From Candidatus Binatia bacterium (lineage in GTDB: Bacteria; Desulfobacterota; Binatia; Bin18), in NCBI GenBank assembly GCA_963666315.2, contig CAXXHG010000043.1:128001-192000 (forward strand): a stretch of 64,000 bases of DNA. Reading direction: 5' to 3'. Position numbers and translations under genes: made by a program. Within the stretch, counting starts at the first letter, position 1, and every line of letters begins with the position of its first letter. The notes under the pieces were generated by a model. The model was given only the letters and a program-made list of their open reading frames with translations, had not been told where the DNA came from and ran no database searches. This document shows positions 31,328-41,108 of this stretch, one piece after another.

Positions 31328-32377
31328 CTACACACCAACAACTTCCCGCACCTCCGCCATGGTCTGACGGGCGATTTCATGAGCCTGACGTTTCCCTTCC
31401 CGGAGCACGTCGCGCACGTCGTCGCGGTGATTTTTCCAGTACGTCCGTTTTTCGCTGAATTGAGCCAAATCGTCAAGGACATGCTTGATCATAATCTTCT
31501 TGCACTCGAGGCAACCGATGTCGGCCGTCTTGCAGCCATTGGTCACAAATTCGATCTCTTCCTGGGTGCAGTACAGCCGGTGCAGATTAAAAGTCGGGCA
31601 GTCTGCCGGATCACCCGGATCGCGCCGCCTCGCCCGGCGCGGGTCGGTTATCATCCGCGACAGCTTGGCATCGATCTCCTCGGGCGGATCGGACAGGACG
31701 ACAGCATTGCCGTAGCTCTTGCTCATCTTCCGCCCATCAAGCCCGGGAATCTTGGGAATCTCGGTTAAGAGCGCCTGCGGTTCAGGGAAGACGTCCTTCT
31801 TATAGATCAGATTAAAACGCCGGGCGATTTCGCGCGTCAGTTCGATATGCGGTACCTGATCAACGCCAACGGGAACGTGCTGGGCCTTATACATCAAAAT
31901 GTCCGCAGCCTGCAAAACGGGGTAGCCAAGCAGGCCGTAAGGAATCGTCGTGACCGCCGTGTCATCATCAGAGTCGATAAACCCCAGTTCGCGCGCTTGC
32001 TCTTTCACCGTCGGATTCCGAATCAGCCACGGCGTTGGGGTCACCATCGAGAACAGCAGGTGCAGTTCCGCATGTTCTTTCACATCAGACTGGCGGAAGA
32101 TCACTGATTGTTTCGGATCGAGTCCGATACTCAGCCAGTCGATCACCATCTCCTCGGTATTGTCACGAATACTTTCGGCATCCGTATTCCCTGTGGTGAG
32201 AGCATGCCAGTCGGCTACAAAAAAGAAACAACGATACTCACTTTGCAGCTGAACCCAGTTGGTGAGCGTGCCATGCAGATGTCCTAAGTGGAGTTTCCCG
32301 GTTGGACGGAATCCGCTCACAACCGTTTGCCGTACGGGTGATGGAGACGTGTGTGTTGCAGTCGTGTTTTCAGCCAT
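31328..32377 (-). CDS. trpS: Tryptophan-tRNA ligase
   Basis: SGFRPTGKLHLGH, YPVLQAADI, KMSKS. Confidence 0.96.
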   Translation of the reverse strand: MAENTTATHTSPSPVRQTVVSGFRPTGKLHLGHLHGTLTNWVQLQSEYRCFFFVADWHALTTGNTDAESIRDNTEEMVIDWLSIGLDPKQSVIFRQSDVKEHAELHLLFSMVTPTPWLIRNPTVKEQARELGFIDSDDDTAVTTIPYGLLGYPVLQAADILMYKAQHVPVGVDQVPHIELTREIARRFNLIYKKDVFPEPQALLTEIPKIPGLDGRKMSKSYGNAVVLSDPPEEIDAKLSRMITDPRRARRRDPGDPADCPTFNLHRLYCTQEEIEFVTNGCKTADIGCLECKKIMIKHVLDDLAQFSEKRTYWKNHRDDVRDVLREGKRQAHEIARQTMAEVREVVGV

Positions 32378-32390
32378 ATATCTCAGGATC

Positions 32391-33029
32391 TCACAATAAC
32401 GCGTTGAGCAAGAGGGAGGTCATCGGACGTAAAATGTTACCCATAATTCCGGTCATCAAGAGCAGCATGACAATCAGCATGCCGTAGGGCTCAAGCCGCG
32501 CCAGCGCCATGGCAGGCTGGCGGGGGAGCAAGCCGGTCGCCACCCGACCTCCGTCGAGAGGCGGCAACGGAAAAAGATTAAAAACGGCAAGCACAACGTT
32601 GATCATGACACTTGCCAATAAACTTCTCGCTACGAGCCCGTCGTCTATGAGTTGCAATGCGAACAGGAATTTAAGCACAAAGGCAGACAGGCCGGCTAGG
32701 ATCAAGTTCATGGCCGGACCGGCAGCCGCAACATAGACCATATCACGACGGGGGTGACGTAGATTCCCGAAATTCACGGGAACGGGCTTGGCGTAGCCAA
32801 AGAGAAACGGGGAACCCGAGACGATGAGCATGACTGGCAATAAGATCGTCCCAAACAGATCGACATGGGCAAGAGGATTCAGAGTCAGCCGGCCCATTCG
32901 AGCAGCAGTCGAATCGCCGAGAAGATACGCGCTATAACCATGCGCCAATTCGTGCAGGACAACGGCCGTAAGGACCGGCAGCGCCCAGATGGATAGCTGC
33001 TGTAGCATGTTTGAGAAATCCATTACCAT
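32391..33029 (-). CDS. Site-2 protease (M50) family
   Basis: HELAH, AAAGP, FNLFPLPPLDGG. Confidence 0.92.
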   Translation of the reverse strand: MVMDFSNMLQQLSIWALPVLTAVVLHELAHGYSAYLLGDSTAARMGRLTLNPLAHVDLFGTILLPVMLIVSGSPFLFGYAKPVPVNFGNLRHPRRDMVYVAAAGPAMNLILAGLSAFVLKFLFALQLIDDGLVARSLLASVMINVVLAVFNLFPLPPLDGGRVATGLLPRQPAMALARLEPYGMLIVMLLLMTGIMGNILRPMTSLLLNALL

Positions 33030-33081
33030 CAGTCTATAGAGTCGATTTCTTGGACACAAGGCGTGAGGCGTTGAAAAGGCC

Positions 33082-34380
33082 CTACGAGTACGACACGCCA
33101 TTCAACGCGTAATCGAAAAGGTCGAAATTTCTGAGCCGTGTTGTTTCCGCCCGTTTTCGGTAGTCGTCTGAAACAGGTTCAGACAGTATAAAAGGCACGG
33201 ACTGCTCGGCACGACCTCCGTGGGAACGTAGAGGAGCATCCCCTAATCCAGACAGGTCGTGGTCTCGTTCGGCCGCGCCAATGGCCGTCTGTTGATCTCC
33301 AAGGACAACTAAGTCGGCCTCGCGATCGAGCGGCAGGAGGAATTTCTCGCAAGCCGTCTGCTTGTCGTATACCGCTTCAATGCCAGGAATGGACCGGATC
33401 AGAGTGCTGACTGCAGCCTGATCCATCTGATCCATGCCAGGACAGTATACGCGGACGAAAGAACCCAAAGCGCCGTGGTGGACGACGTACGGATCGGTAA
33501 TAGGGCAGATCACCCGGGTTTTGCCCGTACTGAAATGGCCATCCAGGATGTCTTGCAAAAAAACAATCTGTGGTTTTGCGTTCATACCGTGATCCGCCGT
33601 AAGTGCAACCACAGCTCCAAGATCGACAAACCGTCCACACAGCCGGTCGAGCGCTTGATAAAACGCATTGGCTGCGGCACTGCCGGGTGCATGTTTATGC
33701 TGCACATAGTCGCTCAGAGACAGATACATCAGATCGGGCTGGTGTTGTTCGAGCAATGCCAGACCCGCTTCTAATACAAAGAGCGACAGCTCAGCAGAAT
33801 AGACCTCCGGTTGTGGCAGACCAATCTGATCGCACACATTCTCAATACCATGTTGTTCATACGTACAGCCCGCAGCTTTCTCTGCGGAGAAGCACATACC
33901 TGGGCGGAGTCCATGCCCGAGCAGACGGCAGAGTTTATCTTTGGCTGTGATGACAACAACCTTCGCCCCAGCCTGTGAGAAACGCGCCAGCAGCGTGTCC
34001 GACCGCAGTTGGGTCGGATCGGTCATCAGCACCGCTTGTCCGTTTTTTGGATCCAGGAAATAGTTGCCGGCAATACCGTGCACGGCAGGCGGACTGCCGG
34101 TGACGATCGAGAGGTTATTGGGATTCGTGAACGTTGGCATTGCCGCATCCGCCCAGGCTCCAAAGCCACTTTGCAGAAAACGCTGGATATGCGGCAAAAT
34201 CCCCTCGGCAAGTCCCTGCCGGATATAAGCCGGATCACAGCCGTCAATACAGATGGCGACAAGTGGGCGCTGCGGGAAGTCGTAGGTGTGCTGGTTGAGA
34301 CGAATAGAGTTGACTCGGTTGCTCCTTTTTTGCGGCATACGTAAGCTCCAGCTGCCCGCGTCCTCTTCATTATTTCTCAT
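33082..34380 (-). CDS. phnA: Phosphonoacetate hydrolase
   Basis: ICIDGC, PTFTNPNN, DYVQHK, TADHGM, CPITDPYVVHHG, LRSHGG; start uncertain. Confidence 0.92.
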   Translation of the reverse strand: MRNNEEDAGSWSLRMPQKRSNRVNSIRLNQHTYDFPQRPLVAICIDGCDPAYIRQGLAEGILPHIQRFLQSGFGAWADAAMPTFTNPNNLSIVTGSPPAVHGIAGNYFLDPKNGQAVLMTDPTQLRSDTLLARFSQAGAKVVVITAKDKLCRLLGHGLRPGMCFSAEKAAGCTYEQHGIENVCDQIGLPQPEVYSAELSLFVLEAGLALLEQHQPDLMYLSLSDYVQHKHAPGSAAANAFYQALDRLCGRFVDLGAVVALTADHGMNAKPQIVFLQDILDGHFSTGKTRVICPITDPYVVHHGALGSFVRVYCPGMDQMDQAAVSTLIRSIPGIEAVYDKQTACEKFLLPLDREADLVVLGDQQTAIGAAERDHDLSGLGDAPLRSHGGRAEQSVPFILSEPVSDDYRKRAETTRLRNFDLFDYALNGVSYS

Positions 34381-34660
34381 TTTGACTTCTCATTTTGCTC
34401 ACATCTCTGTTCATGCATCAATCGTCCTCATCAATTGTCCTCCTCCGTGCCCCTACCTCGTCGTCTCTCCTGTTTTGGGCGGAACAGGTCTGTACTGTTT
34501 CAACCGAACAGGCTGGTTGCAGAGGCCCCACGGAGTCTTTAAGATACGTGGCCTTAGCGCAATTTTGTTCGCGCTACGCACAGGCGCTGGTAAAGAACTC
34601 TGTAAGACAACCTTTTTGACTTCGAGATATGGTCATAAGTAATCTTTAAGGCAGGAGATT

Positions 34661-35914
34661 ATGCAAAACGGGCAACGCCGTGTCGTGATTACTGGGCTGG
34701 GGGCTGTGACTCCGCTTGGAACCGGGGTAGAGAAAAACTGGAAAGCGCTGCTTGAGGGACGCTCTGGGGTGGGTCTCCTGACTCGGTTTGATGTATCAGA
34801 CTTTCCATCTCGAATCGCTGGCGAGGTCACCGATTTCTGTCCGACCGATTTTATCGCGAAGAAAGAAGTCAAAAAAATGGATCCCTTCATCCAGTATAGT
34901 GTTGCAGCCGCCCAAATGGCGATGGATGAAGCCAAGACTCCTATCACGCCGGAAAACGAAGATTTGGTCGGCTGCATTGTCGGCGTCGGGATCGGTGGGT
35001 TGACGAGTATTGAGGAGTATCATTTGCACTTTCTTGAGACCCGACTCAAGAAAGTTTCTCCGTTCTTTATCCCCAAGCTGTTGAGCAACCTGGCCCCAGG
35101 TCAAATCTCGATCCGCTATGGAGCGAAGGGTATTAATTATGCGCCCACGAGTGCCTGCTCTTCGGGTGCCCACGCTATTGGTGAAGCTTTTCGGGCCATT
35201 CGGGTTGGCGATCAAGACGCTGTCATCGCCGGCGGAGCGGAAGCAGCCATAACCTCTCTGGGGCTGGGCGGCTTTATTGCCATGCGGGCGGTCTCGACCC
35301 GGAACGACGAGCCCGAGAAAGCCAGCCGACCCTTTGACAAAAATCGTGACGGCTTCGTCATGGCTGAAGGCGCCGGCATAGTCGTATTGGAAGAGCTGGA
35401 ATTCGCCAAGAGTCATAGTGCGAAAATCTATTGCGAGGTAATAGGCTACGGCGCCAACGCAGATGCGCATCATATCACCGCGCCTGCACCCGGAGGAGAA
35501 GGTGCGGTGCGGTGCATGAAATTGGCGCTGCGGAGCGCTGGGATCGAACCGACTGAGATCGATTACATCAACGCGCACGGAACTTCAACGCCATACAACG
35601 ATGCAACGGAAACCCTGGCGATTAAACGTGTCTTTGGCGAACATGCCACAAAGCTTGCGGTGAGTTCGACGAAATCTATGACCGGCCACCTGCTGGGCGC
35701 TGCCGGTGGAGTCGAAGCCGTGTACTCCGCGTTAACCCTGCACCATCAGATCATGCCGCCTACTATTAATTATGAAGAACTGGACCCGGATTGTGATCTG
35801 GACTATGTCCCGAACACGGCCCGCTCTGCACCCATACGCGCAGTGTTATCTAATTCGTTCGGCTTTGGTGGAACCAATGCCTGCCTGGTCTTCCGAAAAT
35901 GGGCAGAAGACTAA
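34661..35914 (+). CDS. fabF: Beta-ketoacyl-ACP synthase II
   Basis: [27 protein letters not shown]. Confidence 0.96.
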   Translation: MQNGQRRVVITGLGAVTPLGTGVEKNWKALLEGRSGVGLLTRFDVSDFPSRIAGEVTDFCPTDFIAKKEVKKMDPFIQYSVAAAQMAMDEAKTPITPENEDLVGCIVGVGIGGLTSIEEYHLHFLETRLKKVSPFFIPKLLSNLAPGQISIRYGAKGINYAPTSACSSGAHAIGEAFRAIRVGDQDAVIAGGAEAAITSLGLGGFIAMRAVSTRNDEPEKASRPFDKNRDGFVMAEGAGIVVLEELEFAKSHSAKIYCEVIGYGANADAHHITAPAPGGEGAVRCMKLALRSAGIEPTEIDYINAHGTSTPYNDATETLAIKRVFGEHATKLAVSSTKSMTGHLLGAAGGVEAVYSALTLHHQIMPPTINYEELDPDCDLDYVPNTARSAPIRAVLSNSFGFGGTNACLVFRKWAED

Positions 35915-36020
35915 AACGAAACATTGAACCGAGGAAGACGAGAACATGTACTCGGCCACACAATCATGTCTCTCCTTTGACTTGATCTCGCCGGGCGAGA
36001 AGAACAACAAGAGGTAGTGC

Positions 36021-36995
36021 ATGGGCGCACGTATTATCGGCACGGGTTCCGCCGTCCCCTCAACCTGTCTGACAAACGACGATCTCGCCGAACGGGTTGA
36101 CACGAATGATAAATGGATCGTCACACGCACCGGGATAGAGGAACGGCGCATCATGCAGCAGGATGAAGAATTGCTTGATCTCATTCATGCTGCGAGTGAA
36201 ATCGCTCTGAAGGCTGCGGGGGTATCGGCCCAAGACCTGGATGCCATTGTGGTCGCAACAGTCTCCGGAGAGTATGCCTTTCCCTCCACGGCCTGCTTGC
36301 TGCAAACGCGCCTTGGGGTAGATAATATCCCGGCCTTTGATGTTGCGGCCGCATGTGCCGGATTTGTGTATGGGTTGTCAGTTGTCCATAGCTATCTCAA
36401 AAGCGGCGATTACAACCGTATTCTTTTAGTTGGGGCTGATGCGCTCAGCACTATGGTCAACTGGCAAGATCGTACGACCTGTGTCCTGTTCGGGGATGGA
36501 GCCGGTGCGGTTGTTTTAGAAAACCAATCCGGAGATCGCGGCCTGTTGAGCACTATTGTAGAGTCGAGTGGTTCGTTGTGGAAACTGCTCCACGTTCGGA
36601 CCGGGCAGCGGCAAACGTTTGACCAAAAAGGGGAACAGGATTCGGACTGGGGCATCCAAATGAAAGGGCCGGAGTTGTTCAAAGTTGCGGTGCGAGCGCT
36701 GTCCGACGTCACCAAAAAAGCCTTGGAAAAATGTGGCCTCGCACCGCAGGACATCCAGCTCATGGTCCCGCATCAGGCCAATCTCCGCATTATCCAAGCT
36801 GTGGCAGACCGACTGGGTTCCGGCATGGATAAAGTCTACTGCAATGTCCAGCGGTTTGGTAACACCTCGGCCGCCTCCATTCCCATTGCTCTCGATGAGG
36901 CAGTTCGGGCAGGCAAGGTGCTCGACAACGACATTGTTGTCCTCAATGGCTGCGGAGGGGGTCTGACCTGGGGGGCATCTGTCGTCCGGTGGTAA
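36021..36995 (+). CDS. fabH: Beta-ketoacyl-ACP synthase III
   Basis: AACAGF, FGDGAGA, PHQAN, GNTSAAS. Confidence 0.95.
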   Translation: MGARIIGTGSAVPSTCLTNDDLAERVDTNDKWIVTRTGIEERRIMQQDEELLDLIHAASEIALKAAGVSAQDLDAIVVATVSGEYAFPSTACLLQTRLGVDNIPAFDVAAACAGFVYGLSVVHSYLKSGDYNRILLVGADALSTMVNWQDRTTCVLFGDGAGAVVLENQSGDRGLLSTIVESSGSLWKLLHVRTGQRQTFDQKGEQDSDWGIQMKGPELFKVAVRALSDVTKKALEKCGLAPQDIQLMVPHQANLRIIQAVADRLGSGMDKVYCNVQRFGNTSAASIPIALDEAVRAGKVLDNDIVVLNGCGGGLTWGASVVRW

Positions 36996-36999
36996 CACC

Positions 37000-38001
37000 G
37001 TGCCGACTGGATACTCCCAAGAACAGACCAACCTGCACCATCTGCACACCCTCGCCCAGAAGCGTTTGCACTTCTTTATTGGGAAAGGCGGCGTTGGCAA
37101 AACAACAGTCGCTGCAGCTTTTGCCTTGGCCAGCGCGGCAAGGGGCAAAAAAACGCTCCTGATAGAATTCGATGCGCATACGCCGGCAGCACGGCTCCTT
37201 GGTCTGCCTTCCCAGTCTCGCTCTTTAGGTAAGCCCCGACCTTTCTCTTCTAGCCTGTCAGTTATGGCGACAACGGGGCAAGCTGCGCTTGAGGAATATC
37301 TCAGTCGGATTTTGCCGTTTGCACCGCTTCGCACGCTCATGCTGCAAAGCCAGCTGTATCAATACTTTGTCCTTGCTGCGCCCGGACTCAAAGAGCTTAT
37401 GGCGATGGGCAAGGTATGGCACGAGGCCCAGCAACAAGATCGACGTACCGCCTTCCCCCGCTGGGATGCGCTCATCATTGACATGCCGGCTTCCGGCCAT
37501 AGCCTACAATATCTGCGTATGCCGCAGGCGGCTGCTGACACCTTCGACACTGGAGAGGTACGTCGTAAAGCAGCGCAGGTGGTCCAGCTCTTTCGCGACC
37601 CTGAGCAAAGCGCCATTCATATAGTCAGCCTCCCGGAAGAGCTGCCCGTCGAAGAAACAGTTGAGATTGTCGAGCAGATTGAGAACAAGCTCCGCTTTCC
37701 GCTCGGTGCGCTCTTTATCAATCAATGTCGCACTACTCCGTGTGATTGCGCGACTCTTGAGCGGTTATACCCTGCGCGTGACGCCACGGCGGCTGATCGT
37801 TCTCTGGTGGATCATATGCTCGCGGTGGCCGAGTATGAGGCACGTCTCACCCAGGCCCAGACTGCCTACATGAACCAACTCGCCCTGTTAGCACCTCCCG
37901 CCATTGCCACCATTGCGCTCCCGTGCTGCTTTGCCGAAAGTCTCGGGCTGCCGGAAGTACAGGAATTATCTCACTGTATACAATCTGCCTTACACCCTTG
38001 A
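37000..38001 (+). CDS. ArsA/Get3-like ATPase, first of a pair
   Basis: GKGGVGKTT, APGLKEL, DMPASGH, PEELPVEET. Confidence 0.85.
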   Translation: MPTGYSQEQTNLHHLHTLAQKRLHFFIGKGGVGKTTVAAAFALASAARGKKTLLIEFDAHTPAARLLGLPSQSRSLGKPRPFSSSLSVMATTGQAALEEYLSRILPFAPLRTLMLQSQLYQYFVLAAPGLKELMAMGKVWHEAQQQDRRTAFPRWDALIIDMPASGHSLQYLRMPQAAADTFDTGEVRRKAAQVVQLFRDPEQSAIHIVSLPEELPVEETVEIVEQIENKLRFPLGALFINQCRTTPCDCATLERLYPARDATAADRSLVDHMLAVAEYEARLTQAQTAYMNQLALLAPPAIATIALPCCFAESLGLPEVQELSHCIQSALHP

Positions 38002-38050
38002 GACATAAATCGAGCAGCGTGAATCAAAAGAGGGACGTTCAGCCAAGACC

Positions 38051-39193
38051 ATGACAGACCTCACCCATCTTCTGACAACCCGACGCATTGTCGTCTGTCT
38101 GGGCAGTGGGGGTGTGGGGAAAACAACCCTGTCAGCCAGCCTTGGACTCTGGGGGGCGCTGAACGGCCGTCGTACAGCGATTCTCACGATTGATCCTGCC
38201 CAACGACTTGCGGACTGCCTCGGTTTACACGATTTTTCCACACCCAGTGTCACCCTCAACCACACCGCATTTCTTTCTCAGAATCTCAAGCCGTCCGCAC
38301 CACTGACTATCGTCCGCGTTGACCAACAACAGGCCTGGGATGCATTGGTGGACCAATATGTCCCCACCCCTGAGGGGCGGTTCCGGATTCGTACAAATCG
38401 CTTTTACCTGGGGCTGTCACAAACATTCGCCGGCTCAAATGACTACATCGCTCTCGACCAACTTGCGCGACTTATAGCCACCAACACATACGATCTCATC
38501 GTCGTCGACACTCCGCCGGCAAAACACGCTATAGACTTCCTCCGTACCCCGCATCAACTCCAACGTCTTCTCCAGCATTCGCTTAGTCAGCGATTTCTGC
38601 ATCCGGCCGTAAAGAGAGGCTGGGCAACGTTTTCTTCGGCAAATCGGCTTGGAACGGCTCTGCTGGCAAGACTAGAGCATACCACAGGGCTCTCCACGTT
38701 AGGAGATATTGCTGCGTTCTTCTCAATCATGGCACCCATGATTGAGGACCTGAGCATTCGGCTGACCCAGGTGAGCGGTATCTTGAGCAGTAAAGAGACG
38801 GCATTCTTGCTCGTGACAACGCTCAACACCGCCTCGATGGCAGAAACACAAAAAATTTCCGCAGATTTGAACGCGCTGGGAGTGGTACCCCAGGCCGTTG
38901 TCGTCAATCGTGTCACGAGCGCTCGAGAGACGGCTACAGAAAGCGCCATATCCCGCGCTCGCATTGAACACAGCAGCAAAACGCTACGAGGCGCACGACT
39001 CAACAAACAGCAGCGGCAATGGCTGGTTGAGAATTTTGTCGGGTATCAAAAGCGCAGGTGTGAAGAAATTCGGAATCTCGAAGCACTGCAGGCGCAATTC
39101 CACTCCCCGACACCGCTGCTTACCATACCCCTGTGGCCCTCCGGTCCAGTGGATCTTGGCAGCCTGGCACGGCTCCACCAGTATTTATTCTAG
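38051..39193 (+). CDS. ArsA/Get3-like ATPase, second of a pair
   Basis: GSGGVGKTT, TIDPAQRLA, DLIVVDTPP, VVNR. Confidence 0.88.
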   Translation: MTDLTHLLTTRRIVVCLGSGGVGKTTLSASLGLWGALNGRRTAILTIDPAQRLADCLGLHDFSTPSVTLNHTAFLSQNLKPSAPLTIVRVDQQQAWDALVDQYVPTPEGRFRIRTNRFYLGLSQTFAGSNDYIALDQLARLIATNTYDLIVVDTPPAKHAIDFLRTPHQLQRLLQHSLSQRFLHPAVKRGWATFSSANRLGTALLARLEHTTGLSTLGDIAAFFSIMAPMIEDLSIRLTQVSGILSSKETAFLLVTTLNTASMAETQKISADLNALGVVPQAVVVNRVTSARETATESAISRARIEHSSKTLRGARLNKQQRQWLVENFVGYQKRRCEEIRNLEALQAQFHSPTPLLTIPLWPSGPVDLGSLARLHQYLF

Positions 39194-39233
39194 AGGAGAT
39201 TTGAAAAATCTGTGACTGGATGGAGAACTGATA

Positions 39234-39449
39234 TTACCACTTGTGTGTTTTGTCTGTCTCTTTTTTTGTAGGATGCGACAAGCCAACGCTGATTTGCCCT
39301 TTGTCAATACGCAAACAAAAGCCACACTCAGGATTATGGCAGACCCAAAGCTTGAAAGGAATATCGTTTCCCTGCGGACCATAATCAGACAGGGGAATAA
39401 GGACGCCCTTATTACAGCGTCGGCACATCGGCCACTTGGTGTGTAGCAT
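39234..39449 (-). CDS. Small zinc-ribbon-like hypothetical protein
   Basis: CRRC...LIPLSDYG...WVCHNPEC. Confidence 0.7.
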   Translation of the reverse strand: MLHTKWPMCRRCNKGVLIPLSDYGPQGNDIPFKLWVCHNPECGFCLRIDKGQISVGLSHPTKKETDKTHKW

Positions 39450-39503
39450 GAGTCTGCTCTTCAACCGGACTTTCTCATATGAACACAGATTCTAGCCCGT
39501 CTC

Positions 39504-39926
39504 CTAGATCTTTTGAGACGACTGAGAATGATGCGTTCCCGGGTCAGTCATTGCGGGTGCCCCACCTTGGTTTGGGTCAAGGAAAGCCAGGACTCGTTCC
39601 CCAGATGCTTTATCCATCCAACGCCGGAGCCGTTGCTCAAGAACCAAACGCAGCTGGTGATCACGTTTTATATGGGCAACCATCTCCTCTGCGCTCCGCC
39701 CGGTTAATGAAGGGGATTGCTGTTTCCCTTTTCGCGCTCCGTCCTGAGCACGAGATTTTACAAGCAGAGGTTGATACACTCTACTGTGCTTTCGATAAGC
39801 TCGCCAGACAGACGTAGATCGGTCACGTACGAGACGTAACGTCTGTTTTTCATTTTCCCAGTATTGCTGCTGACGAGTACTCCCGTAATACAGCGTTTCT
39901 TGCGCAGAAGAAGCCCGATAACCCAT
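39504..39926 (-). CDS. Hypothetical protein
   Basis: 140-aa ORF co-oriented with its neighbours; no recognisable motif. Confidence 0.3.
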   Translation of the reverse strand: MGYRASSAQETLYYGSTRQQQYWENEKQTLRLVRDRSTSVWRAYRKHSRVYQPLLVKSRAQDGARKGKQQSPSLTGRSAEEMVAHIKRDHQLRLVLEQRLRRWMDKASGERVLAFLDPNQGGAPAMTDPGTHHSQSSQKI

Positions 39927-40035
39927 AACGTGACCCAGCAGACACTTTGCTGACCCTCTACCCGTAGTATAAAGGGAAAGACCCGTTAAAGGAAAGGGAA
40001 GTGCGATTTTCCTGAAAAAAGAGCGGAAGAGGCGA

Positions 40036-40431
40036 TTAGGCCGTTTCGAGCCGGAGGTCCATGGCCTGGGTTGAGTAGGGTTCAGGCAGCCCGCGACGTG
40101 GGGCTTTGACCCAGAGCCCTTCTAAATTATAAAACTCTCGCACTGTTTCGTAGAAAATGTGTACCACCACATCCCCATAATCCATGAGTATCCACTGACC
40201 GTGTGAGACCCCCTCAAGGGCGAGGGGCCGGATGCCCTCCTGCCGCAAGGCGTCCTCAATCGCACGGCTAATCGTCTGCACCTGGATGTCTGAGCGTCCG
40301 GTGCAGATCACAAAATAGGACGCCATGGAAGTCAGCGCTTCAACGTCAAGGACGACAAGGTCATAGGCCTTTTTGTCCAGAGCCGCCTGGGCGCAGCTCA
40401 GAGCTTTTTGCCAACCGTCGTCCGCTTTCAA
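40036..40431 (-). CDS. rsfS: Ribosome silencing factor
   Basis: LDKKA, YFVICTG, WILMDYGDVVVHIF, YNLEGLW. Confidence 0.95.
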   Translation of the reverse strand: MKADDGWQKALSCAQAALDKKAYDLVVLDVEALTSMASYFVICTGRSDIQVQTISRAIEDALRQEGIRPLALEGVSHGQWILMDYGDVVVHIFYETVREFYNLEGLWVKAPRRGLPEPYSTQAMDLRLETA

Positions 40432-41087
40432 CAGATATCCTCTTGTTTTGTGTACAGGCCGTGTTCGGCAATATAGGCAGCCACGGCAGGCGGCACCTGA
40501 CGATGCTTGGGCTGGCCGGCCCGAATATTTTCACGTACCGCAGAGGCCGAAATGTGAAGGCCGTTGATTGTATACAGCGTCAAAGTATGCCCTGAATCGT
40601 GCTGATAGCGGTGTTTGGACGAATCGTACCAAAAGGCAGACCGGAGGGCAACGGGAAGAAGGTCTTCAATTGCGGGTGTCGGAAAACCTGGACGCGACGT
40701 CACAATGAGGTCACATAAGCGGGGAATCTCTCGATACTCTCTCCAAGTGTGCATCTCACAAAAAGCATCCATACCGATAATGAAGGCCATCGAAGTAGAC
40801 TTCAGCCCTGCCCCAAAGATACGAATCGTGTCGACCGAATAGGATGGTCCGGAACGGTCTATTTCGATACGTGATGCCACAAAGGCCGGGTCATCTGCCA
40901 CGGCTAACTCCACCATTTTGTAACGATGTGGAACCGGAGCAATATCGTCGTGTTGTTTATGTGGTGGGGACGCCGAGGGAATAAAATAGATCCGGTCGAG
41001 GGCAAACGCTGAACAGATCTCTTCTGCGCTCCGTAGATGGCCGCAATGAATAGGGTTGAATGTTCCGCCGAACAGCCCCACTTTCAT
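40428..41087 (-). CDS. nadD: Nicotinate-nucleotide adenylyltransferase
   Basis: FGGTFNPIHCGH, PPHK, IIGMDAF, ISASAVR. Confidence 0.95.
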   Translation of the reverse strand: MKVGLFGGTFNPIHCGHLRSAEEICSAFALDRIYFIPSASPPHKQHDDIAPVPHRYKMVELAVADDPAFVASRIEIDRSGPSYSVDTIRIFGAGLKSTSMAFIIGMDAFCEMHTWREYREIPRLCDLIVTSRPGFPTPAIEDLLPVALRSAFWYDSSKHRYQHDSGHTLTLYTINGLHISASAVRENIRAGQPKHRQVPPAVAAYIAEHGLYTKQEDIC

Positions 41088-41108
41088 ACGTCAGCACCGG
41101 CTCCGGTA

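Noticed and set aside
34796-37340. Long antisense ORFs (260 and 274 aa), and similar shadow ORFs elsewhere
   Set aside because: They mirror well-supported genes on the opposite strand and show no motifs
37000-39193. Arsenic resistance operon
   Set aside because: No arsB, arsC, arsD or arsR; single-domain pair architecture
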